In this document: positions 37,932-51,029 of the stretch, piece after piece
Layout of the letters: the number at the start of each line of letters is the position of its first letter
Position numbering within the stretch: position 1 is the stretch's first letter
DNA from: Octopus sinensis
Taxonomy: Eukaryota
NCBI RefSeq assembly: GCF_006345805.1
Contig: NC_043007.1
Location: forward strand, 43,834,001 to 43,898,000
Direction: 5' to 3'
Length of the DNA: 64,000 nucleotides
Program-made: the position numbers and the translations under genes
The notes under the pieces: model-generated
Told to the model about the DNA's origin: nothing
The model's database searches: none
The model's input: only the letters and a program-made list of their open reading frames with translations

Positions 37932-39179
37932 GTCGTCAAGTATGAAATTTGTAGAAAAGAAAAAGTTTGCTAATGTTTTATAAATACAAAGAATAGTTTT
38001 ATTCATCAAAGTATGCACCCATATTGCCAACACGTTATTGCCATTTTAGCAGTAGCTTGTCCAGCCCGGAACTGTAAAGGCCTGGCAATATAGAGTCAAT
38101 AAAATCTTGGAAGGCCTGTTTTACAGCATCGTCGGAAGTAAATTTTTCCTATCAAAAAGTTATCCAAATTCTTGAAGAAGTGGTAGTTATTAGGGGCAAT
38201 ATCAGGTGAGTATGGTGGATGATGGAGAACTTTTTAGTTCCAACTCCTGTAGTTTCGCCAATGTCAATTTTGCTGTGTGGTCTGGCGTTGTCTTGTAGTA
38301 AAATAGGAGTAGATCTGTTGACTAATCTAGGCTGTTATTTTGTAAGTTTCTGCATCATTTGGTCCAGTTGGCTGCAGTATACTTGCTGTGATTGGTGAGC
38401 CAGATTTAATGAAATCATAATGGATCACACCTGCGCCAGACCATCAGACACACACCATCAGCTTCTTTTGATGAATTTTGCTTTTTGGACTGTGTTTTGG
38501 TGGCTCGTCCTTGTCTAATCATTGTGCTGAACATTTACGGTTGTTGTATTGGATCCATTTCTCATCACATGTTAGAATTCGATTCAAAAATGATTCATTT
38601 TTGTGACGAGAAAGTAGTATAATGCAGGCTTCCATATGTTGCTGTTTCTGATTTTCATTGAGTTCATGTGGAACCCACTTATCCAACTTTTTCACTTTAC
38701 CGATTTGAACTATTTGAGTCAAAATTGTTTGCTTGCTAACACCAAACAACAACAATAATTCACGGGCACTTTGAGATGGATCTGACTCGACAGCGGCTTT
38801 CAGTTCGTCATTGTCCACCTTTGTTTCTGGTCGACCGCGTGAGATCAAAGTTACCAGAACGAAATTTTGCAAACAATTTGATACTGTCTGCTGTGTAATA
38901 ACATAATAATGAAATACTCCGTTAACATTCCGAGCTGTCTGTGATGCTGTATTTCCAAGAAAGAACTCATATTTCAAAACTGTATGAATTTCCGACGTAT
39001 CCATCTCTAAACAAAAATAACAAAAAACTATTTATAAATAAAATGAGTTAGAATAAAGAAATAGATGTGTCAGGTTTCTAATAAAAAATAAAGATTGTCG
39101 AAATATAATAATGATGCAAGATGAGCAGCTGTCAAAGTTTACCATATACCTTACTACAAATTTCATACCTGACGACCTA

Positions 39180-39180
<1 letters not shown>
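37928..39180 (-). mobile_element. Full-length mariner element, defective transposase
   Basis: 27-bp TIRs TTAGGTCGTCA(A/G)GTATGAAATTTGTAG with TA TSDs; transposase from 39004 with WVPHEL, TCDEKW, LQDNA, HPPYSPDIAP; internal stops. Confidence 0.96.
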
Positions 39181-39232
<52 letters not shown>

Positions 39233-39257
39233 GTGTGTGTGTGTGTGTGTGTGTTTC

Positions 39258-40210
39258 CCTTGTTAACGAAGGCCAACATTTTAGATATTACACTTATCTT
39301 ACACAATAATTCGTACTTCCCATACCACAAACCATCGCCCAATCTTAAGTATGTTAGCAAATTCAGTAATCATTCTAGGGAAATTACTAGGAACTTAGTT
39401 AAGAATATTTCATTTAGATTGTCTAAGTTATCTGCTAATGTCGACATTTTCAATCATAAGGCCGAATTTTATAACTCTGCCTTACTTAAAGCATGTTATA
39501 CAGAGAAAGTTACCTACATTAATTCCATTCACTCTTATTCTTCCTTTACTAATGGGAATGTGAAATCTAGTTGTAAGGATATAAACGATATCAATTTTAA
39601 TGTATACGCCAACACCAAACAAAGGAAGGGAGATAACCTTTATTTAAACCCCTATTTTCGTTCTAAGGTAAATCTATGTCTTTCAAAGATAGTTAAACTA
39701 AAAATAAGGAATTCTGTCTTCTCTGTAATTCTGAACTATTTTTTTATTCTCTTTTCTAAAAATCCCCTTGTAATCACGGTTATAGAGCGTGCATACCGAG
39801 ATAAACATTGGCAGAAACACGCCTTTAGTTCATATAAGTGATATCTATCATTATATATAACTTAAACATTAATTTTCTTCTTGCATCTCACATTCACTAG
39901 ATATATTATTTTTCAAAGACTATAGGGTTTATGTAATTTACCTATCGTTATATACTTCTCATTTATTTGGTTTTTTGTTTCTTTTATCCCTCCTTTTTCT
40001 ATAGGCTATCTTTGACGTTATATCCTCTAACGTTTTTTTTTTAAACAAACTGAATTGCGTTCAGTTAATCCCTATACATATCCATCATTTTCTGTTAAAA
40101 TGTCTTATTCATTGTTTTATATCATTTTATTCCTTTGGAATAATACCAGTGATATCTTCGAAACATGTGTCGGAAATAAAAGAATTTGAATAACACCTGC
40201 GTTTAACTCC

Positions 40211-40215
<5 letters not shown>
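39258..40215 (+). mobile_element. Penelope-like element remnant (RT C-terminal region plus pLTR)
   Basis: ILDITL..YFPYHKPSPNLKYVSKFSNHS..NISFRLSKLS..F...FYNSAL...Y is the PLE RT thumb pattern; decayed hammerhead at 40125-40181. Confidence 0.8.
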
Positions 40216-40289
<74 letters not shown>

Positions 40290-40292
<3 letters not shown>

Positions 40293-40601
40293 GTTTATAT
40301 GCCAACAGAATGTGGTAGTCCTATAAAGGACGATGTTACTGTTGTTTTAGCCCCCCTATCAACACGCTGTTAATGTCTGTATAGCATTTGTAAGGGAAGT
40401 CATCGTTCCCATCTCTATCGTTACGTGATACTCACAGACCTAGGTTTCTGGATGGTATCCAGCCTCACACTGTATAGCAAAAGCTATACACACACAAAAC
40501 TGTACGTCGATAACCAACTGGAAAAGATGTTTTCTTGGGGCTAGAACAACAGTAACATTGTCCTTTATAGGACTGCCACATTTTGATGGCACATAGACAT
40601 T
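40290..40601. mobile_element. MITE-like element with ~65-bp inverted repeats
   Basis: Arms 40290-40354 and 40537-40601 (AATGTGGTAGTCCTATAAAGGACGATGTTACTGTTGTT vs AACAACAGTAACATTGTCCTTTATAGGACTGCCACATT). Confidence 0.8.
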
Positions 40602-40669
40602 ACTACTCGGTACTGTTACTGTAGTTCTCTCGCACAGAGATTTAAAACAAGTTGTTTAATACTGACATC

Positions 40670-41468
40670 TCATTTTAACACTTATATTTACCAGAATTAC
40701 ATAAAAATATCTTGAAATACTAAAGAGTAAATTTGTTCAATAAATTCGCCATTGACTTCAACCACGGCCTCCAGACGACTTTGGAATCTCTTGCAACTCT
40801 TCCGGACGGTCTCCTTGTTTAACTTGGTAAATGCTGCCATAATCCTTGCCTTCAATTCATCTTTGGTATCACAAGGTGCTTTGTTTGTCTCTTGCTCAAC
40901 TGCGCCCTATACATAATAGAGGGGTTGCAGTCTGGGGAGTTAGGTGACCAGATATTAGGAGTGATGTGGTCGTAGAAGTTGTCTGATAGCCACGACTGGG
41001 TTCTCCTGCTTGTGTAGCATGGTGCAGAGTCGTGTTTCCAGATACAGAGTCTTCCAGTAGCCGTCCTCTTGACCCAGGGTAACACTACCTCCTCCAGGCA
41101 CTTGATCTAAGCCTCCGTGTTGAGTCAGAAGTCGTGTGGGAAGATGAATGGAGGCATAATGTCGCCATCACCAGTGATCATTTCAAAATCTATGATGTTG
41201 ATTGGATGTTTCATTTTTATCATGCTCGGTACATGTCCTCAGATTGCACTGTCCTCAGATTGACACCCAAACACTCTGAAATACTCGTACATGAGCTTCC
41301 AAATTTTTCGTTTCCGAATTTTTCTGGCTGAGTTAATTGCGTCATGGCGCTTTTTGTCTCACAGACGGTACCCAACTAACCCTACTATACTGTGTAGTCG
41401 ACAAAATCAAAAACAAAATATTGCGCGAAATTAAAAATATAAAAGGACAATTTTCCCATCGCGTCCTG
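40670..41468 (-). mobile_element. Tc1/mariner (maT/DD37D-like) remnant
   Basis: WKHDSAPCYTSRRTQSWL..WSPNSPDCNP; one TIR-like end CAGGACGCGATGGGAAAATTGTCC followed by TA at 41469. Confidence 0.75.
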
Positions 41469-41492
41469 TATATGTTTATGTATGTATGTATG

Positions 41493-41548
<56 letters not shown>

Positions 41549-41855
41549 GCATGCATCTATATATATATATTTATATAAATATATATATATAATGGACAAA
41601 AACGCAATAGAGGACAATAAAACATCCGGTCAGACAGACGATACAAAGGCGGACAGGAAAAACAACAATTAAAGGGACAGGAAAAAAAGGACGGGTCATT
41701 CGTGGCCTTCTTTCCTCAGTCAAGTTACCAGATGTCCTTACAGTTTCGGGCAGTTACATATACATATATATTTGTAAACAGTAAGGGATTACGCCAAGCG
41801 TTGACCGGTTTTCTCTCGATTATAAATATGAGAGAAGGGGGTTAAGTTCTTAATG

Positions 41856-44403
41856 CAGGGGTTGTAAATAATTGATAAATGATTGGAACCTTTCCAATCA
41901 ATTATTGCAACTAATTCCAATTAATTGTCAATTATTTTGCCGAACGTATTTTGGAGCGTAAGCTTCGATTTAGCTAAGAGCCAAAATGATAGGAAAATAA
42001 AATGCACGTCTTATAGTCTGAAAAAAACGTTATTGCCAGAAAATGTTCGATGTTCAAGTTTATCGATTTAGAACAGGGGACAAACAACATGCATACTCTA
42101 CATTGAACAATAGTTGAAAAGCAAATAAATTGAAGGTTTTAATTGAAAGTGTTTCTCAAACGAGTAGCACATTAAAATGTTCTAATATAGCAAAAGGTCA
42201 TGAACTATTGCAGGTTTCTGAAACTAGGTCTTCATCCCAGAAAGCGTGATTGACTTTTAGAAATAATTGCATTTCTAAATTCATTGGTGTAAAGTATTGC
42301 TGTAAATCATTAAGAGTGTAACCTGCTGAGCTGAAGAAACGTTCCAAGATGTTGGACGTTGGTGACAAAAATCTACAGTTCAGATATTGCTGAGGTGAAA
42401 TTTTTTTGGTGCTTTTTCAAACAAATTGAAGCTAAATCATCATCTTCTACAGGTAAGTGAGACTGTTGTGATGTGTCTGTCACCACTTTCAGCTGATGTA
42501 GAGCAGCCACTTCATTTGCAGTTAGCTCTGCTTCTGCATGTTGGAAAATTTTCACAACTCCACTTTCAAAATTTGGACTGTGCATAATGGCTGCCGATGG
42601 AAGCAAATATTTTTAATATTTAAAATGCGAGAATTTCGTCAAAAAGAATTTGAGCCTCTCCCAAATCTATTTCTGTTCTTTGCAGGGCGACTGTTATTGA
42701 GCGTAAATTTCCTAAATTGTCTTTTAGGGTCTGCAAATCATTATGATCGCGTGGAGTCAGCAGATAATCAACCAATTTTGTATCGCTTTAAAAAGAGTCT
42801 AAAAACAGCTTGAGTTGGATGTACCTCTCAATAATGTTATAAGTACTAGACCAACAGGCTTTGTTTCTCTGTATAGGTTGCAAAGGTGTTTTTCCCGAAG
42901 TTTACTCACAAGTTTTAATGATTTTAGCTTGTCCACCAACATATTAATTTTATCAAGCAGAATTTCTTGCTTGTTGAGATAAGCAGAAAAACAGCTAGAC
43001 TGAATTTATGAGAGGCACATCCAATCAATGGTATTCTACAGAAATTCGCTATAGATTTGTTCACTTCAGTACTATCTCCAGTAATAGCTACATTTCCTAA
43101 ATTTTTGTTATAGACACTGAACACATACTCTATAAATTCGACATAATCAGAAGCATTGAATGATGTTTCACTTACCATTGGCGAAAATGCCAACAAAAAG
43201 GTACAATAGTCATTTTGATAATTGCACGTATAAGATGCAAAAAGTCCAATGAAATGCATCGAACCCTTAGTCCAACCGTCGATTACCAACGAGAATTTAT
43301 TTGGAAGTTCATCAGATATTTTTCTCCACTTCTTGAGTAAGTTTCTCCATGTATTTCTTTATGATCACATTGTCATACTTCATAAGTTTGTGTACTTACG
43401 AATCAGTGGGTCTTCAGTTAAGGAAACTGGTTTTATACCAACACATACCCAATCAATCCAACCATAAACATTTTAAGGCCAAGCGAGTGACCAAACTAAT
43501 TTTGGCTGAAAAGAAAACTCGATAAAGATGGTTATCCAGTTGCTTGTGTAGTACAATACTCTGGATGCAGTTTTTTTTTCATATAAGCATCAACACTCGA
43601 CAACGGTTCTTTTTTCTAGGACAGCTTTTTTCCACACTTTCATTTTCATACATGTTCACTGTTTGTTTGTTTAAAATATTTTCTGGCGATTTTCTCCTTT
43701 TCACGCGGCATGGGTTAATTTAAAATAAAAGATATTTCGCCACATTTTAAAATAGATGTTATTTCGCCACTCTGCTGATGAGATTCTGATTCAGTTCGTA
43801 TGTTGGAGCGGAATTCAAGATACCACTGCGTTTCAGGCGAAGTCCCGATTTAATGACTTGAATACAGAATGTGTGAATCATTTTTAGCAGTCAGAACCAA
43901 GAATCACTCGACAGTGATTATTTGACAACATACACAATAGCCAATTCCCAAACACGACAGAATGTGTGAATCATTCTCGGCAATCCTAACCAAGCGTCTA
44001 CACTCGACAGTGGTTATATGAGAACATACACAATAACTAATTCCCAAGCATGATAGAATGTGTATCATTTTCAGCAGTCTGAATCAAGAATCATCATTAA
44101 ACAACATACACAATAATCAATTCCTAAGCACGACAGAATGTGTGAATAATTCTCAGCAGTCAAAACAAAACGTCATCACAATACTTCAAATAATAATAGA
44201 ATACTGTATTTACCAATTGAAGGTCGAATGAAGTATGAGCCATTTGAAAAGCTTTCGCTGACAATGTTGCAATGAACTGTAATTAATTGCAATTAATTGA
44301 TATTATAGCACTCAATTATTTAATTGGCAGTACGACTCCAATCAATTAACTGGACCAATATATTGCAATGAATTTTTCATCAATTAATTTTTCACAACCC
44401 CTG
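41856..44403 (-). mobile_element. hAT-superfamily DNA transposon, defective
   Basis: TIRs CAGGGGTTGT/ACAACCCCTG; degenerate 8-bp TSD TCTTAATG/CCATAATG; transposase fragments VIDGWT, LLAFSPM, PLIGCASHKFSLAV, WSST, PTSNILERFFSSAG. Confidence 0.88.
43864..44175. repeat. Internal minisatellite, ~3.5 copies of 80-96 bp
   Basis: Units begin A(C/T)AGAATGTGT at 43864, 43957, 44053, 44133. Confidence 0.9.
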
Positions 44404-44466
44404 CCATAATGAGGTCGTACATTATATCGTGATACTGACATCGCATATTACAGTATGTCACAAACA

Positions 44467-45945
44467 CAGGGTTGCCGATTTAACATATTTTATGCTAGAT
44501 CTAGCATTTTTTCAGCATTTAGCAGAAAATTTTGAATCAAGCATTTAGGAGGGGAAATAGCAGGTTTAAAATTTTATTCATTTTTTAGCATTTTTCTCTG
44601 ATCATGACACTTCCACAATAGATACCCTTTTTTCTTCTTTTCTACTTTCGTTAAAGTATCTTACAGCCAAATGTTGGTACTATCGGCTATTGTTGAATTT
44701 TTCTTTCACTTTCATGAAACTTCAAATGAAAGTTTATCAAAAGGAAGTTTATCAAGTCGCCTCCCACCGCTTGAATACAGAGTGGTGCTGGTGGGGGAAA
44801 GGGAAAAGGTGATTCATGTCAGCACTTGAACTCACTGCACAATACTGTAAATATGTTGCAAAGAATGAAAGCTTGGAAATTCGATCTAACAATGCTTTAT
44901 TCTGTAGTGGTGAGTTTTTTTTATCATGACAGGTTGATTGATTTACTTTCAGTTTGGCTATTTTAAAATAGGCCTGTGTTTTTTCATGCTTGTTTTAAAT
45001 TATATATCTTGTGTAGAAGTACGGGGGCGGCAACGTCTCCCCCTTTATATTTCTACTTACTTTTTTTTTTCAATATTGTAGTAATATTTGTGGTTTTACC
45101 AATAGATATTAAATGTAAGATTGAAAGCGGAATATGATGCCCCCAGGTTTATATCAGAACACAGTTTTAGGATTTCTGCAAATTTTACTTTTCCATTTAT
45201 AAGTTGGCCATCCTGCATCCTGAATCAGTATTCTTCACCTCAAGAATTTGTAAGCAGCAAACAAGAATTGTTAACGACGAATAAAAGAATTGTTAGTGGC
45301 AAACTGCTAAGTTGTGTTTCCAGTTTTATATTTTTATTTATCATTCAATTTATTTTCTTGCTTCCCACTACATTATAATGAGCAAAGAAAAAACAAAGTT
45401 GTACCAGCAAAAATTCCGAAAGGAATGGCTTAAGATGCCAGCGTTTACTAAGTGGTTGTGTGAAGTACCTAGTGACTAATCGAAAGCACATTGCAGATAT
45501 TGTAGATGTAATATGTTGGCAAAATATTCTCTTTTAGTAAGCCACTGTGAAGCAAAGAAACATAAGGCATCAACTCCACAACAAATGATTCCTCTTACCA
45601 ATTTTATTAAAACCAAAAATAAGACATCTATGCTTGAAGCAAATTTAGCAATGTTTATTTGTTGCCACTCATCATTTGATCGCTGTGATCACTTAAAGTT
45701 ATGTAAGAATTATATGTCTGACAGTGATATCATGTCCAAAGTGAAGTTGCATCGTACAAAATGTGCAAATATTGTGAGAAATATTCTAGCTCCATATTTT
45801 GATGGAGATTTGATTTCTGATATAGGAAATGTAAAAATTTAGCCTGTTATTAGATGAATTCAATGATATATCAATAAACAAGTTGTTAGGAATTGTTATC
45901 ATATATTACAGTGACACTCACAAAAAAGTGTACATACATATCTCA
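44467..45945 (+). mobile_element. 3'-truncated hAT-like transposon with zinc-finger transposase N-terminus
   Basis: CAGGGTTGCC end; ORF from 45378 with YQQKFRKEWL..KAHCRYC..SHCEAKKH, KLHRTKCANIV, FSLLLDEFNDIS; stop and frameshift. Confidence 0.75.
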
Positions 45946-46454
45946 GTAGACGTGATGTGACTGCTGCTGTTGCTGTGTTGTTGATGCTGTTCATATTTAT
46001 TAATATTGTTGTTGATGAAGTTCTTGTTGACGTTGTTGATGATGATGATGTTATTATAGTTGATGTTCCACAAAATTATCTTTAGTGATAGACGCTTATT
46101 AAATTACATCCCATCTTCTACTCATCTCGATACAACTCAATTGACTGGGTGATATTCCCAACCAAACAACTAGCCAATGGGATTTACTGAGTTCAATAAC
46201 AAGACAGAAATAAGTCAATTTCAAATGACGACAAAAAAGATGGAAAGTAGAAGAGAATCGACACTTGTTACAACTTAGTGTAATAGCCTGATATTGGCGA
46301 TTTAGCAAAGATAATCTATCTATCTATCTATTTGACTGCCTGTCTGTCTGTCTATATATCTATATAATATATATATATATATATATATTAGGCGCAGGCG
46401 CGAGTGTGTGGTAAGGAACCTTGCTTCCTAATCATGCATATATATATAAGATAA

Positions 46455-46510
<56 letters not shown>

Positions 46511-46716
46511 ATATATAATTATGTAGATTAGTGAAGGTGGGAGTAACGATGAGAAGGAGAGGTAGCCAAAAGAAATAGACAATTATCGGTTATTCCAACT
46601 AATAAAAAAAAAGATTCTCTTTATCACACATTTACTCAGCTCTTTCGCCAACGTCCGATTTCTACACATAAAAGTCTTTCCACTCAGATCAATTCACTAC
46701 TTCCATTTTTCTCTCG

Positions 46717-46789
<73 letters not shown>

Positions 46790-47189
46790 GTATATATGTA
46801 AAGAAATGATGTATAAAACATCAAAGAATATATCTACGGTAATGAACTTCTCGATAAATATCAGGTCATCAAACTCCAACGCGTTATAACGTGGTAAGTA
46901 GATCCATTGACAGAAGCTTGCATGTATATACAAAACTGGCTAAAGCGATCCTTGAGAACAATATATGTTGAGAATAAAAGACAGAAAAACATGAATATCA
47001 CAGTTAAATCATAATTTAGCTTTGATTTATCCGTGAAATTTTTACTTTCTGCCTTTTATACACGCGCACACTCACACATATATATATATATAAGAAATAA
47101 TTAAGATTCAGTTGAATTAGGTACTTAAGTTGAGGCACCAAGTCTGTCCAGTATTGTCCGCACAGCTCGAAGTTAGGTGGATATAAAGT

Positions 47190-48031
47190 AAATGAGTAAC
47201 AAGGATGTCCAGTTATTAGTGCATTACAGCCGTTTCAAGTGGCTCCATTTAATTGATCAATGCAAACGTTATATCAATTTGAAATAAACCGCTCTCCTCG
47301 AATGCGTACGACCATATAGATTTCCATCATACAGTATAATCCATTATAATTTTTTAGCAAATTTTTCATCAATACTAGAGACTAGAATACATAGCTTTTT
47401 TGCTATTATTGTAGCAGATTGAATTTAGGGAAAGAATAACCTACGTTCTACTAAATTTAGAGTGACAGAAGGAAATAATAAGGGTCAATAAAGAGGAATG
47501 GCGATATAGCTACATTCATTTTTATCCTTATCACATTCAACAGATCCAATGCAACAAGTAGTCTACATCCTCTTAGAATTAAAACCATTGGGAATTGACA
47601 GTTAAGTTCTTGTTGTTGGCGATAAATCATTTAATGTCAGATACTCTTCCCTACCCTTAGTTCACTATGGTCATAAAATCATCCATACCTACATAAAAGA
47701 ATATGTCTTAGAAGATGTTAGTAAGATAATGATATAAAAAGCGAGGTGATAACCAGAAAGAGGAGGGGTGGTGGGGCCTAACATATGATTATCAATTAAA
47801 AAGGACTTAAAATGGAAAACAAACGAGGTCACATTGAGATATAAGCGTTGGAATTAGGAATACGGGGAAAATGTGCAGCTAAAATTGTGTATGATGGAGA
47901 TCTATATGGTCGTATGTTTCAGAGGAAAGCGGTTTATTTCAAATTGATGTATTGTTTGCATTGATCGATTAAACGGAGGCGCTTGAAACGGCTGTAATGC
48001 ACTAATACCTGAACATCCTTATTACTTATTT
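47190..48031. mobile_element. Inverted pair of Penelope pLTR-like arms with decayed hammerheads
   Basis: Arms 47190-47333 and 47888-48031; inferred consensus GCAT-CTGAGGA-RAGCGG..CCRCTT-GAAA-CGGCTG-TA-ATGC. Confidence 0.75.
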
Positions 48032-48056
48032 GGTTTATATATATATATATATTATA

Positions 48057-48087
<31 letters not shown>

Positions 48088-48164
48088 TGTATGTATGTAT
48101 GTATGTATGTATGTATGTATGTATGTACATGAGGCGCATGAGTGGTTGGGTGGTGTTAGATGCT

Positions 48165-48728
48165 TGCCGTGCTTGGAAGGAGGGTGTATAGTGTGTGATC
48201 GACGCATTGACCATGACAGAGAAAGTTGACCAGAGAATCTGCATCAAATTTTGCCAACAGCTTGACGATATCTGCTCAGAGGCCTACGCAAAGTTTTAAA
48301 AACGTTTTCATCGTTTTCGACACAATCAAGGAGATCTTGTGCAACTGAAACCCGAGCATCTTTTTGGTCAGCTGAAAGCAGTTTGGGCTCAAATTTGGTA
48401 GACAGGCGTCTCATACCCAAAACTTCCGTGATAATGGACTGAACTTGTGTGTGGCTCATATACTCCTCTGCATACACTTTCTGCAACTTTACGCAGGCCT
48501 TTGAGCAGGTATCGTCATGACAACTTTCTCTGTCATGGTCAATGCGACGATCACACGCTACAAACCTTCCTCCCAAGCACTGCTGTAAACAGCGGAAGTG
48601 AGCTAGAACGTTAAAACCTGGTGCACATGTGCAGCGGAAGTCAAGGTCAATCTTTGCTAAGCGGCTTCACTTTGTGTGCTTTAGCTTTGTTACTTACAAC
48701 AGCCTGGCTACTTATTGATCAGACCTTG
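48165..48728 (-). mobile_element. Internally deleted mariner derivative with inverted 5' duplication
   Basis: TIR CAAGGTCTGATCAATAAGT at the right end next to TA; MTEKVDQRICIKFC on plus and MTEKV..LGMRRLSTKFEPKLLS on minus. Confidence 0.8.
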
Positions 48729-48969
<241 letters not shown>

Positions 48970-49005
48970 GAGAGATTGAAGAAGTTGATGAGAGATTGAG
49001 GGATT

Positions 49006-49306
49006 GACCTGCCCGCATCTCGGGCAGGTCGGCCCCGTGTTTCTCGAGCCGTATCTGTAGAGCTTATCCCGAACGGGTAGCGCTTCTCGGTAGCACTGCC
49101 AGGGATCTCTGGAAGTTGTCCATGGGCCCAGGCGGGTCAGGTATTCCTCGTCGACGTCTAGGTTCGCCCCGAGCTCGTCGTCGTACCTCCCCTCCACTAA
49201 TCCCCTATAGAATGCTTGGGTTGTGATGGAGTCACTCAGGGTCGACCCGGGACGGCAGAGTTGCTTGAGAGCAACGCGACACTCGCGGTGCCATTCGCCC
49301 TTCGCC

Positions 49307-49307
<1 letters not shown>
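49006..49307 (-). mobile_element. L1/Tx1-clade LINE ORF2 C-terminal fragment (zf-RVT-like)
   Basis: GC-rich island; AFYRGLVEG..WQCYREALPVRDKL..TCPRCGQ. Confidence 0.65.
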
Positions 49308-49392
<85 letters not shown>

Positions 49393-49460
49393 GTAGGTAG
49401 GTAGTTAGGTAGGTATATAGGTAGGTAGGTAGGTAGGTAGGTAGATAGATATAGATAGAT

Positions 49461-49547
<87 letters not shown>
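49308..49547. repeat. (AGAT)n/(AGGT)n microsatellite
   Basis: Direct reading. Confidence 0.98.
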
Positions 49548-49772
49548 CCAACACATTGAACAATGCAGCCCAGGTGTCGAAACCAAAATGATATCCATTA
49601 GGCAGCTGAAGGTGAAATATATACGTTTGATATGCTTTTGTATCTTGTGTCCTCGTGGTTCTAAGTTGTTCATCATTGAATATCTTGCTTTAGTAGAGTT
49701 AAATTTGTTTAGTAGTTTTTAGGTTTGTTGCATGTGTGCGTGCGTGTATGTGTGTGTTTGTGTGTGTGGTGT

Positions 49773-49810
<38 letters not shown>

Positions 49811-50324
49811 TGTGTGTGTGTGTGTATTTTGTGTGCGTGAATGCGTGTACTGTGTGTGCTAATAGAAGTCTGAAGTTCCAATTTTCGAGATATTGACATC
49901 GAAATTTCACTAGTAGTTCACTTTGTCAGTCTGTCGAAGTCAACGACGAGCAAAACCTCTGAAGTTACTTTCAATCTTTCCTTTCCAAAAATAAATCTCA
50001 TACTCAACAAGAATATACTGATTCTTCAAATAATGTTTTTTTGTTGTTGTTTTTTTGTTTAAAAAACTTTAGTAGAACAATTATTGTGCTGATAGCTCTT
50101 GTTGAGACGTGTCGATAGGTGAAAAGCAAAAGGAACAGAGTGTGATTTTTTAATGGCATGCTAATTGAGGTTATCTTTCCTTCGTTTACATCTCTCAGAC
50201 ATTTTTGAAAAGTGGAACTTCAGATACACAACGGAGTTAAAGTAAAGTCGAGAGTAGAATTGGCTTTAGCCTGCAAAAGAAAATCCGAACACAAACTGGT
50301 GTTCCATTAATCCTTTGTACCCAT

Positions 50325-50526
50325 GAATACGCTTTAACAGGCGCGATTTTCGTTTGAGTATATTCCTGAAAGACACAAAAGCCTGACCTCGTGGTTTTGT
50401 GTTTATAACTGAAAATAATGACGGTTCTGTCAATTTGCGAGACGCAAATACAAAACCATAGGGTTGCCCGCATTTGCGTTTTTCAGAGGTATAGTCAAAC
50501 GAAATCGCGCCCGCTTAAGTGTATTC
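50325..50526. mobile_element. Decayed palindromic MITE-like element
   Basis: Imperfect inverted arms 50325-50404 / 50446-50526 (GGCGCGATTTTCGTTTGA vs TCAAACGAAATCGCGCC). Confidence 0.7.
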
Positions 50527-51029
50527 GCAATCCAAATGGTCGAACTTTGCTGATAAAAGATTCGATGTCAACCGAACGATCAGAGAATTGTATTATTTCG
50601 ATCTTCCAAATCCACGAAGAAGTTTTAACTAATAAGAGTAGACAGCTTGGGAAAGACATCAACATAATGACGGATTTGGGAATAAATGGCCGATATGTTA
50701 TATACGTAACAACTATTCCAACATCTTATATATATGCTGAATGAGCACTAAATGTGCAATCGAAGCTTTTTTATATATATAATTTCTTTAACATGACAAA
50801 CCTGAATTGATGATTTATAGCAAATGGAAGAGTTTCTTTGAAATGCAAACAGCTAAAACTGTCAGAACCCAATAGTAAGTCTGTTCAATTTACTGCAAGC
50901 ATATGAAAAGATAAAGCAAGCGGTATGTAACTCTTAGTAACAACAAAGATGCTATAGAACAACAACTAGTCGATCAATATTAGTAAAATACATGCTAATA
51001 TGAAAATACATATTTTGTAATATTTGTTG

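Noticed and set aside
43774-43820. CTGATGAG inside the hAT leader
   Set aside because: No downstream GAAA or stem III.
43864-44175. Regularly spaced repeats resembling a CRISPR array
   Set aside because: Whole units are homologous with no unique spacers, there are no cas genes, and the repeats lie inside a eukaryotic hAT element.
49867-49911. AGT-CTGAAGT..CATC-GAAA-TTTC-ACT hammerhead-like motif
   Set aside because: A9 is mutated, stem II is poorly paired and stem III is absent; too degenerate to call.
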